34,800 nucleotides of DNA from Candidatus Tayloriibacteriota bacterium (GTDB taxonomy: Bacteria > Patescibacteriota > Minisyncoccia > Phycocordibacterales > PALSA-1337), in contig JANXRK010000045.1 of the NCBI GenBank assembly GCA_025353045.1, positions 1 through 34,800 of the forward strand, read 5' to 3'. A program made the translations under genes and the position numbers. Under the pieces are notes generated by a model. It worked only from the letters and a program-made list of their open reading frames with translations, was not told where the DNA came from and did no database searches. Shown piece after piece: positions 26,626 through 34,617 of the stretch. How positions within the stretch are numbered: position 1 is the first letter of the stretch; the number at the start of each line of letters is the position of its first letter.

Positions 26626-27057
26626 CTAGTCAGGCATCATGACAATATATCCTTTATTTTGGTCTGGAACAATATTATCAAAATATCTTTTAAATAACCT
26701 TATTCGGGACATCTCTCTCCTTGTTCTATCCTCTTCTGGCGCATCTCCATAATATGGATAAAACCAAAATTTATTGATTCTTGCATCTCTCATGGCAACT
26801 TTTATACATTCTACAACATAATTCATGTCAGCATCATCAATTTTTATCTCGGGTTGGTCCGTACTTGCTAAACCATTCTCAACCTTCGTTCCGAACAAAA
26901 CTTCTGGCAGATCTTTATAATTTTTTCCAGTTGTATCTATCCCTATTTCAACATTTTTAAAATCATATTTAATAACATCATCCCGAACTTCAATTCTCTG
27001 AAATGGTAGCTCTTGAATTTCATGATTTTCTAATTTGTTGATTGATGATTCATTCAT
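26626..27057 (-). CDS. Hypothetical cytoplasmic 143-aa protein, partner of the upstream Cys-His protein
   Basis: No signal peptide and no recognised motif. It lies 6 nt downstream of the 247-aa gene. Confidence 0.6.
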   Translation of the reverse strand: MNESSINKLENHEIQELPFQRIEVRDDVIKYDFKNVEIGIDTTGKNYKDLPEVLFGTKVENGLASTDQPEIKIDDADMNYVVECIKVAMRDARINKFWFYPYYGDAPEEDRTRREMSRIRLFKRYFDNIVPDQNKGYIVMMPD

Positions 27058-27063
27058 AAAGTA

Positions 27064-27807
27064 TTAATTAAACCAATTTAGTCTTCGAAGTTCTGTCACT
27101 GATTTCTTTGCTCGCATATGAGTATAGTTTTCTTCTCCTTCTTTTTCCAATTCGATCCATCTTTGCTCAACAAGAGATTTTCCATTATCAATTATTTCTA
27201 TTTTCCCCTTATGAATTCCATGTCCAAATTCTCCATCAGTCGGCCATGCGACAGCGTGCGTATAATGCAAAGTTTTTGGTACAGCGTTTTCAAAATCAAT
27301 CTTATACACAACAAGAATATGATCTCTTTCAGTATTTGAAACCATCGTGATGATATCACCCGCTTGAACAGCCTTTACCTGAATCACTTTAGAATTTAAA
27401 TCATGAGCAAATGTTTTTACATCAGTATTTTCAATCGGTCGCAATTTTGCTCGAATAGAACCGATAATTCCTGAACTAAAAGGAAAACGTAAATATTTAT
27501 CAAGATTTCCTTTTCTACGACTGTTACTTTCCTCATTCAAAACATAATAGACAAAACCAGAGCATTCAATTCCAATATCATTTTCAACCATGAACTTTTT
27601 AAGATCTTTTGGATTAAAAGATCTTAAATCTCTCTTTTGTAAAATGGCTTTATGTTCAACCTCTTCGAAAATTTCTTTGTGACTACCTTTGCCGATTTCA
27701 ACCTTTAAACCAGCTCTTCGGCCAGTGGTTTTATTATTGAAATAAGGCACATCTTTATAAGCCTCTATAACCCTCAAAGCGGCTTCAGATAGGACTTGTG
27801 TGTTCAT
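27064..27807 (-). CDS. Cytoplasmic NlpC/P60-like (papain-fold) Cys-His protein
   Basis: 247 aa with no signal peptide. The motif order IECSGFVYYVL ... AGDIITMVSNTERDHILVVY ... HYTHAV matches the Cys / GD-x-His / polar triad layout of NlpC/P60 enzymes. This is inference from motifs only. Confidence 0.55.
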   Translation of the reverse strand: MNTQVLSEAALRVIEAYKDVPYFNNKTTGRRAGLKVEIGKGSHKEIFEEVEHKAILQKRDLRSFNPKDLKKFMVENDIGIECSGFVYYVLNEESNSRRKGNLDKYLRFPFSSGIIGSIRAKLRPIENTDVKTFAHDLNSKVIQVKAVQAGDIITMVSNTERDHILVVYKIDFENAVPKTLHYTHAVAWPTDGEFGHGIHKGKIEIIDNGKSLVEQRWIELEKEGEENYTHMRAKKSVTELRRLNWFN

Positions 27808-27852
27808 ACAATAAGATTAACATATAAGCCATTTTATGCTAATCTAAGGCCT

Positions 27853-28980
27853 ATGATCAGCATATTAGAAGGGACGGCAGATTTGGCTAGTATACTGGGT
27901 TTTGCCCTCCTAGCCTGCGTTGTGGCCTTCGTATGGTCACCTATTTTGATATGGTTCCTCTATCGCTTCAATATCGTCAAAAGTAAAAAAATAGAGCTCG
28001 AAAATATTGAATCTCAAAAAGGTAAAGAAAAAGCTCCAGTTATGGGTGGACTTTTAGTTATCATAACTGTTGCGGTCTTAACCTACTTTTTTAATTGGCA
28101 TAGAAATTATACCTGGGTACCTGTTGGCGTCATGCTTCTTTCTGCACTTCTCGGTGCTGTTGATGATCTTTTAAACGTCTTTGGTGTTGAGAGACGTTCT
28201 CGAAAACTTAAACAAATCTTTACATTGATAAGAGTCCATAAAAATTTAAAAATGCGTTTGTGGTATGCCATAACGTTGCCTTGGTCAATGTTTAAAAGAA
28301 CTTCAGTGTGGATTGGTTCAAGAACTAGTAAAGGAATCCACGTTCACGAAAAACTCCTTCTCCAATTCGCTGCTGGTTCCATAACTGCCTGGTGGATCTA
28401 TGATAAGCTCGGAACTGCCTGGCATTATATTTATTTACCATTTGATATTGATATTTATGCAGGCTGGCTCATCATTCCTTTGATTATTCTTATTGTGATG
28501 TTTACCGCAAACGCTGTAAACATTGCTGACGGTATGGATGGTCTGGCTGGAGGAATGCTTATCTCATCTTTTAGTGCTTTAATTATTTTAAGTTGGATAA
28601 ATGGATTTTCTGAGATCGCCATTTTAAACGCCGTAACTGTTGGAGCATTGGTGACCTATACGTATTTCAATATTAAACCTGCCCGCTTTATGATGGGTGA
28701 TGTGGGATCACTTGGACTTGGTGCTCTATTTGCAGTAAATACTATTGCCATCGGTGAGATCGGTTCAATCTTTTTCCTTGGATTCGTTTTTTATATCGAA
28801 GCATTAAGTGTTGTGATCCAAATCGCTGGACGATATACTCTTGGCCGAAGAATTTTCCGCATGGCTCCTCTTCACCACCATTTTGAATTAAAAGGTTGGA
28901 GTGAAGAAAAAACTATTATGCGTTTCTGGATTATTCACTTTATTTTTGTTGTTTTCGGAGTTTGGTTGGCTTTGCATTAA
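27853..28980 (+). CDS. mraY: Phospho-N-acetylmuramoyl-pentapeptide transferase
   Basis: The tracked ORF uses a TTG at 27796. The ATG at 27853 (MISILEGTADLASILGF) is more plausible. Motifs PVMGGLLVI, NAVNIADGMDGLAGG, GDVGSLGLGA, APLHHHFELKGWSE. Confidence 0.9.
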   Translation: MISILEGTADLASILGFALLACVVAFVWSPILIWFLYRFNIVKSKKIELENIESQKGKEKAPVMGGLLVIITVAVLTYFFNWHRNYTWVPVGVMLLSALLGAVDDLLNVFGVERRSRKLKQIFTLIRVHKNLKMRLWYAITLPWSMFKRTSVWIGSRTSKGIHVHEKLLLQFAAGSITAWWIYDKLGTAWHYIYLPFDIDIYAGWLIIPLIILIVMFTANAVNIADGMDGLAGGMLISSFSALIILSWINGFSEIAILNAVTVGALVTYTYFNIKPARFMMGDVGSLGLGALFAVNTIAIGEIGSIFFLGFVFYIEALSVVIQIAGRYTLGRRIFRMAPLHHHFELKGWSEEKTIMRFWIIHFIFVVFGVWLALH

Positions 28981-28989
28981 TTTTTATCT

Positions 28990-29628
28990 ATGGAATATTT
29001 GCATTGGAAAGAAGAGAGAATGACTGACGATTCAGCTGAAAGTATTTGCCGTATGTATGACAATGGTTTTGTTTTTACTCGTTTGGATAAAGGAATGATG
29101 CATCAAACAAGATCAGTGCGTATTGATTTAAGTAAATTCGAAATCTCAAGTGAAAATCGGCGTATCATGCGTAAAGGTGAAGAAATTATGATGGATAAGC
29201 ATACTATTCCTTTTATGAAATACGATTGGAATATTGGAAAATTAGCCAAAGATTTTTATGATAAAAAAGCTGGTGGAGCTTTTAGTGCAAATAAAATAAA
29301 AGAGCTTATCACTACTCCGCACAACTTCAATAATCTTTTTTCTTTTTCAAATCTTGGTTTTGCAATCTGTTACGAAAATTCTCATATGCTTCACTATTGC
29401 TATCCTTTTTATGATTTAGAAAAAAGTGTTAAAGATATGGGATTGATTATGATGACTAAAAGTATTGCGAAGGCACAAATGGAAGGTAAAAAATATGTAT
29501 ATGTGGGTTCACTACAAAGACCGACTGACACTTACAAGCTCCAGTTTTCTGGGATAGAATGGTTTGATGAGAAAGGGTGGAGTGATGACATAGAAAAAGT
29601 TAAAATAATTCTTAATGAAGGAAAATAA
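28990..29628 (+). CDS. Aminoacyl-tRNA-protein-transferase (ATE/Bpt)-like protein
   Basis: 212 aa. NGFVFTRLDKGMMHQTRSVRIDLSKFEISSENRRIMRK and the C-terminal GKKYVYVGSLQRPTDTYKLQFSGIEWFDEKGW align by eye with the Bpt/arginyltransferase core (NGFRRSG..., ...LSRSQKRLL..., WLYLGYQI...MNYKVRF...). The N-terminal Cys cluster is absent. It lies 9 nt after mraY and overlaps the next gene by 14 nt. Confidence 0.65.
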   Translation: MEYLHWKEERMTDDSAESICRMYDNGFVFTRLDKGMMHQTRSVRIDLSKFEISSENRRIMRKGEEIMMDKHTIPFMKYDWNIGKLAKDFYDKKAGGAFSANKIKELITTPHNFNNLFSFSNLGFAICYENSHMLHYCYPFYDLEKSVKDMGLIMMTKSIAKAQMEGKKYVYVGSLQRPTDTYKLQFSGIEWFDEKGWSDDIEKVKIILNEGK

Positions 29629-31012
29629 TAAACATATTCATATTGTAGGGATTTGTGGCGTAGGAACTGGCGCTTTAGCTATTGCCCTACACCAAGCTGG
29701 ATATAAAGTAACCGGTTCTGACAAAGGTTTCTTCCCTCCTGTTTCAGATGAATTGAAAGATGCTGGTGTGAATTTCCATGCAGGCTGGCATCCTGAAAAT
29801 TTTGAGACCTTAGGAATTCCTGAAATTTTCGTAGCTGGTGGCGGAGGGACAGCAAGTACCAATCCTGAACTGATCTGGGCAAAAGAAAAAAATATTCCAA
29901 TTATTACTTTCGCTGAGGCTGTCGGAAAGTTTATCACAAAAAAGAATTCAATCGTCTGTACGGGAACGTGGGGTAAAAGTACTTCCACCGCCCTTCTCTC
30001 GCATATTTTTGAATATGCAAAAATGGATCCGAGTTATTTTATTGGTGCAGTTCCGCTTGGAATGAAAGCTGGTAAATTAACTTCAACCAATATAAGTATT
30101 GTCGAAGGTGATGAATATCAAGCCGCTATTTTTGACAAGCGTGCAAAGTTTTTATTTCATAATCCCTCTCATCTTCTTCTTACTGCGGTTTCTTGGGATC
30201 ATGCTGATCTATATCCAACAATTGAAGACTATTTAAATGCTTTTAGAAAACTGATTACGCTTCCAACTCTTACGACCATTGCCGCTTGTGCTGATAATGA
30301 AAATGTAAAAAATATTTTAAAAGAAACACAAAAAAATGTGGTGTGGTATGGAAGTTCAGAAAAAGCAGACGCACGATATGAAAAAATAGACATGGATCAA
30401 GATGGAATTACTTTTGATATTTCTTTTAAAGGAGAAACATATAAAATTAAAAGTCACCTTTTAGGAACATATAATGCGGAAAATATTACAGGATGCTTTT
30501 TAATGGCTGCTCAATTTAATATTCCGATTGAAAAAATAATTGAAGGAATTGCTTCATTCAAAGGAATGCGACGAAGAATCGAGAAGCGATTGGATGGAGA
30601 TATAAAAGTAATTAGTGATATCGCTCATTCACCCGCTAAAGTCCAGGTCGTCCTTGAAACCCTGCGAAAAGTTACGAAAGGTAAAATCTTGGCTGTTTTT
30701 GAACCAAATATTGGAGCACGAGAAAAGTCCACATTACATTACTATGATAATGCTTTTAAAGATGCAGATATGGTCGTAATTCCAAAACTTTCGAGTCTAA
30801 AGATAGAAGAAGGGAAAGAAGTTACCGCGGTAGATGGACAAGGACTCTATGAAGCCATTTCAAAAACACACATTAATGCAAAATATATTGAGGATGATCT
30901 CCAATTAGTCACACTCCTTTCAACCACAGCAAAAAAAGGTGACGCTATTGTCTTCCTAGGATCTCACGGTTTCCGTGGGATGATTGAGGAAATCATCAAG
31001 AAACTTTCTTAA
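29615..31012 (+). CDS. mpl: Mur ligase of the MurC/Mpl family, closer to Mpl (UDP-MurNAc:peptide ligase)
   Basis: 465 aa. IHIVGICGVGTGALA, FFPPVS, P-loop GTWGKSTST, and EGDEYQAAIFDKRAKFLFH plus WDHADLY, which match the E. coli Mpl blocks EADEYDCAFFDKRSKFVHY and FDHADIF rather than the MurC blocks EADESD and EADHMD. Confidence 0.75.
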   Translation: MKENNKHIHIVGICGVGTGALAIALHQAGYKVTGSDKGFFPPVSDELKDAGVNFHAGWHPENFETLGIPEIFVAGGGGTASTNPELIWAKEKNIPIITFAEAVGKFITKKNSIVCTGTWGKSTSTALLSHIFEYAKMDPSYFIGAVPLGMKAGKLTSTNISIVEGDEYQAAIFDKRAKFLFHNPSHLLLTAVSWDHADLYPTIEDYLNAFRKLITLPTLTTIAACADNENVKNILKETQKNVVWYGSSEKADARYEKIDMDQDGITFDISFKGETYKIKSHLLGTYNAENITGCFLMAAQFNIPIEKIIEGIASFKGMRRRIEKRLDGDIKVISDIAHSPAKVQVVLETLRKVTKGKILAVFEPNIGAREKSTLHYYDNAFKDADMVVIPKLSSLKIEEGKEVTAVDGQGLYEAISKTHINAKYIEDDLQLVTLLSTTAKKGDAIVFLGSHGFRGMIEEIIKKLS

Positions 31013-31015
31013 TAA

Positions 31016-31180
31016 TTACTTCCCTTCGTCAACGATCTGAGTTGTAACTGAGTCTCCTTCAATCTTTTTTACAAGCAAAGTAATTCCGCAATGATTACAC
31101 TCAATAATCATTCCTTCTTTAATTGATGGATACCTTGAAAGGTCTAATTCATTCTTACATTCTGGGCAAATTGCTTTCAT
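31016..31180 (-). CDS. Untracked 54-aa LysW-like zinc-ribbon protein
   Basis: Hand translation: MKAICPECKNELDLSRYPSIKEGMIIECNHCGITLLVKKIEGDSVTTQIVDEGK*. CPEC...CNHC spacing and the following beta-hairpin resemble the LysW/ArgW amino-group carrier proteins. TAATAT ends 6 nt before the ATG. Confidence 0.5.
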   Translation of the reverse strand: MKAICPECKNELDLSRYPSIKEGMIIECNHCGITLLVKKIEGDSVTTQIVDEGK

Positions 31181-31238
31181 ATTTTGATATTATTTGTCAA
31201 TACTTCTAATACTACCCAAAAGGTTGTAATATATCAAG

Positions 31239-32114
31239 ATGATCACACGCCAGGAACCTGTACCAGAATTAGCAAAAGCCTTAGAGATGATATCTCTATA
31301 CTATAAAAGAGAGGATTTGCACCCTTATGGTTCACATAAGGGGCGATCTCTTCCGATCATGATTGATACTTATATAAAAGATGGTGTAGACCATTTTGCT
31401 GTTTCTTCTTCCGGAAATGCCGCCCTCGCTTCGGCTTTTTACATAGAAAAATTGAATAAAGATAAATCTTTAGATATCAAACTCGACATCTTAGTTGGTC
31501 AACACATTACAACAAAAAAACTTAGAAAATTAGAGCAGTTTAAAAGTGAATATATAAAGATCACAAGCCACGACCGCCCTCTTCAGACACTTTTTGCAAT
31601 AACAAAGGATTCTACTATCAAACCACTGCGACAATCAAACGACGATACTGCGCTTTTAGGTTACGATGCATTAGCAAAAGAGCTTTTGGAGATTAAAGAT
31701 CTTCAAGCGGTTTTTATAGGCACGTCTTCTGGAACAACAGCTCAAGCATTGGCACAATACTTCAAATCACAAGATAAAAAAATAGAAATTCATATCGTTC
31801 AAACATCATCATGCCATCATATTTCAGATAATTTCGTAAATGATCAACTCATTGAAGAACAATCGATCGCTGATGCTATTGTCGATCAGACAGCATTAAG
31901 AAAAGACATCGTTTTCAAATTACTTAAAGAAAACGATGGGGGTGGGTGGATCGTCTCAAATGAACAGATACGAGCAGCTCAGGAATTGAGTAAAAAGCAT
32001 GCGAAAATCGATGTCTCCACAAACAGTGCCCTCTCTTTGGCCGGCCTTATGCAAGCAGTGTATACCGGCAAAAGTTGGTCTGGTTCAGTTGTCTGTATGA
32101 TTTGTGGGGACTAA
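31239..32114 (+). CDS. Fold-type-II (Trp-synthase-beta-like) PLP-dependent enzyme, specificity unknown
   Basis: 291 aa. KREDLHPYGSHKGRS (putative PLP lysine), AVSSSGNAALASA, and a phosphate-loop variant IGTSSGTTAQAL. Confidence 0.7.
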   Translation: MITRQEPVPELAKALEMISLYYKREDLHPYGSHKGRSLPIMIDTYIKDGVDHFAVSSSGNAALASAFYIEKLNKDKSLDIKLDILVGQHITTKKLRKLEQFKSEYIKITSHDRPLQTLFAITKDSTIKPLRQSNDDTALLGYDALAKELLEIKDLQAVFIGTSSGTTAQALAQYFKSQDKKIEIHIVQTSSCHHISDNFVNDQLIEEQSIADAIVDQTALRKDIVFKLLKENDGGGWIVSNEQIRAAQELSKKHAKIDVSTNSALSLAGLMQAVYTGKSWSGSVVCMICGD

Positions 32115-32127
32115 AGATTGGGCTATT

Positions 32128-33426
32128 TTAGAGACTTCTAACTGCTTTCACAAATCTCTCCCCTCTTTCTTTTCTAGAAATATCAATTCCCACCGCATCA
32201 AAAGCTGGACTAAATAAGACCTTATCACCCTTCTTTGCATTTTCATATGCTAATTTAACGGCCTCTTCTAGAGTTAATGTTTGAATAAGATTAATATTTT
32301 CTAGTGCCTCAATATGAGGACGAATTCCTAAAGTTCCACTTCCTGGTAGAAGGATTACAGTCGATACATACTGTGGAATATCTTTTATAAGTTCTTGGTA
32401 GTCATAACCAGTATAAGCACCACCCAAAATGAGGATAGTATTTTTTCCTGAAGACAATGAACGAAGAGCAGATAATGTGGCTTTTGGAGTGATCGAACTT
32501 GCATCATTATAGAATTCAATAGCTGAGACTTTTTTAATAAATTCAATACTTCCTCTCAAACCAAGAAATCCCTGTATGACCTCTTTTGTAAATTCTTTTG
32601 GAACTTTAAATAGTTCGACAGTCTGAAGGACGAGTACAGCGTTATCTCTATCATGAGACATTTTGGTTGAGAGATTCCAATCTACAGGAATTTGATTACT
32701 TCGAGTTCTTAACATTTTTGCTTTTGAAGGAAAGTTTTTCTCTTTGCTAATCGCATCAATAACCTCATCAGTGGAAACTATAAAATTGTTATAGGTCTGG
32801 TATTCTAGAATATCAAGATCAATTTGTGAAGTGATGACTGCTACATGAGGACTGATATGAATTTCATAATAGTACGGTATGAGTCGGTCAGGGATTCTAG
32901 CCAAAACAACATCATCTTTTTTAATTTTCTTTAGGTGAGTCAGTGCTCCATTTGTAGAATCAGGGTCAATAAAGAAAAGTCCTTGATCTTTATACCCTGA
33001 AAAAGCCTTTTTAAGAATTGTGTATATCATGTGAGCAACTGAACTCTTTCCATACAATCCCAAAACTCCAATCAAAGTTATAGGCGGAGAAAGTTTAAAG
33101 AAAAGTGTATCTGGAAATTCGATCTGTATCTCAGCTTGTATGGCTTTTTTAAGAAATAGTGATTTCTTGGATATCTCGGGTGAAATAATAATTAGGTCAA
33201 AATTAATCAATTCTTCCTCAGGAACTTTCCCAAATGTATACATTTCTAAACCAACATCTTTTAATTCAGGAATAAAAACCTTGAGACGCTTTTCACTTCT
33301 CATATCATAAAGAGAAACATTAGCCTTATTTCTCAATAGAAACTTGATATCTGCCATCATTTCACCATGAGGCCCTAGGCCTATAATAGCCACTTTTTTA
33401 GCGTTAAAAAATTCTTTATAGTTCAC
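32128..33426 (-). CDS. murD: MurD-like Mur ligase with divergent motifs, GTG start
   Basis: 432 aa. N-terminal KKVAIIGLGPHGEMMADIKFL...VSLYD, a P-loop-like VLGLYGKSS, and a C-terminal VLFSPAFDAVGIDISRKERGERF typical of MurD. Confidence 0.7.
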   Translation of the reverse strand: MNYKEFFNAKKVAIIGLGPHGEMMADIKFLLRNKANVSLYDMRSEKRLKVFIPELKDVGLEMYTFGKVPEEELINFDLIIISPEISKKSLFLKKAIQAEIQIEFPDTLFFKLSPPITLIGVLGLYGKSSVAHMIYTILKKAFSGYKDQGLFFIDPDSTNGALTHLKKIKKDDVVLARIPDRLIPYYYEIHISPHVAVITSQIDLDILEYQTYNNFIVSTDEVIDAISKEKNFPSKAKMLRTRSNQIPVDWNLSTKMSHDRDNAVLVLQTVELFKVPKEFTKEVIQGFLGLRGSIEFIKKVSAIEFYNDASSITPKATLSALRSLSSGKNTILILGGAYTGYDYQELIKDIPQYVSTVILLPGSGTLGIRPHIEALENINLIQTLTLEEAVKLAYENAKKGDKVLFSPAFDAVGIDISRKERGERFVKAVRSL

Positions 33427-33447
33427 AGGTACACATTATACCAAATA

Positions 33448-33765
33448 TCAATCTCCATCAACTTCTTCACCACCAGTACCCTCAATTAGTCTTTTAACCT
33501 TAATGAGCTCTTGTAGCAGGGCTTGCATTTTCATAGCTTCCTCATCATTTGTATGCTCAAACATAGCAAAAGAAGAGAGTTTCCTTAAGAATAGATTATA
33601 AATGTCATTGAAATATTTTTCTAAAACACTGACGCTATCTTCTGAATTTAATCCTTGATCTCTAACAGTAAACATTTCTGAAGGACGATAGATTCCCTCA
33701 AAATACAGATGGTCATCAGAAAGCACACCATCCAAAGATGGAGAAGTTATTGTATATGTTTTCAT
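33448..33765 (-). CDS. Hypothetical 105-aa acidic protein
   Basis: No recognised motif, acidic C-terminal tail (GGEEVDGD). It sits between radC and the murD-like gene on the same strand. Confidence 0.55.
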   Translation of the reverse strand: MKTYTITSPSLDGVLSDDHLYFEGIYRPSEMFTVRDQGLNSEDSVSVLEKYFNDIYNLFLRKLSSFAMFEHTNDEEAMKMQALLQELIKVKRLIEGTGGEEVDGD

Positions 33766-33799
33766 TAACTTTATTAATTAGTGATTTGTAATGAGAACA

Positions 33800-34573
33800 T
33801 TAATATTGAGCATTTATACTAATGTAGGTACTTTTTGTGATGATCACATGATCGAGAACGTTTATTCCAATTATTTTTCCAGCTTGAATAAGCTGTTGGG
33901 TAATCTCTATATCTTGTGCGCTTGGTGTAGCAATATTCGAAGGATGATTGTGGGCTAAAACTACAGCGGCTGCACTGTGCTCAATAGCTGAACGGAAAAC
34001 TTCTCGAGGATGGACTATGTTTGTATTTATTGTTCCAATAGAAATGACTTCGTCATGGATAACACGATTATGACTATTCAGATAAAGACCTCTTAGATGC
34101 TCCTTGGGTAGATTGTGCATATCTTGAAGATAATCGTATACGTCTTTTGCGCTTCTTATAACAACAAAGCCTGAATCGTTCTTTTCATAGAGTCTGCGTC
34201 CGATCTCACCACATGCAACTATTTGTGCAGCCTTCATAATAGGGATATTTAGCTCTGTAGAAAGTTTTTCTGTATTCTTTTCAGATAAGATACTTTTCTC
34301 CCCGTATTCTCGAATAATACGCGATGACATTTCCAAGACCCCCTCACTTTTTGAACCTACATTGAGAATAATCGCGAGAAGTTCCTGCAATGAAAGTGCT
34401 TCTGGACCCTGTCGTACCATTTTCTCCCTTGGCTGACTTTCCAAAGGTAAATCGTGCACCTTGAGAACATATTTCCTGTCACTTTTATCAAGAAATAAAT
34501 CGGTATCCATAAGACTGTAGAGCCGTTCTGAAGAATTCTTATTTTTAATTGTGTTGTTTGTTTTTGCTATCAT
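33800..34573 (-). CDS. radC: RadC-family JAB/MPN domain protein
   Basis: JAMM motif VLAHNHPSNIATPSAQD and HhH-like LSLQELLAIIL. The tracked ORF uses a GTG at 34621. The ATG at 34573 sits 6 nt behind a TATAAT box, but the start remains uncertain. Confidence 0.85.
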   Translation of the reverse strand: MIAKTNNTIKNKNSSERLYSLMDTDLFLDKSDRKYVLKVHDLPLESQPREKMVRQGPEALSLQELLAIILNVGSKSEGVLEMSSRIIREYGEKSILSEKNTEKLSTELNIPIMKAAQIVACGEIGRRLYEKNDSGFVVIRSAKDVYDYLQDMHNLPKEHLRGLYLNSHNRVIHDEVISIGTINTNIVHPREVFRSAIEHSAAAVVLAHNHPSNIATPSAQDIEITQQLIQAGKIIGINVLDHVIITKSTYISINAQY

Positions 34574-34617
34574 ACATGCATTATACCTATACGCAAAATA
34601 TGCCACAAGGGCATATT

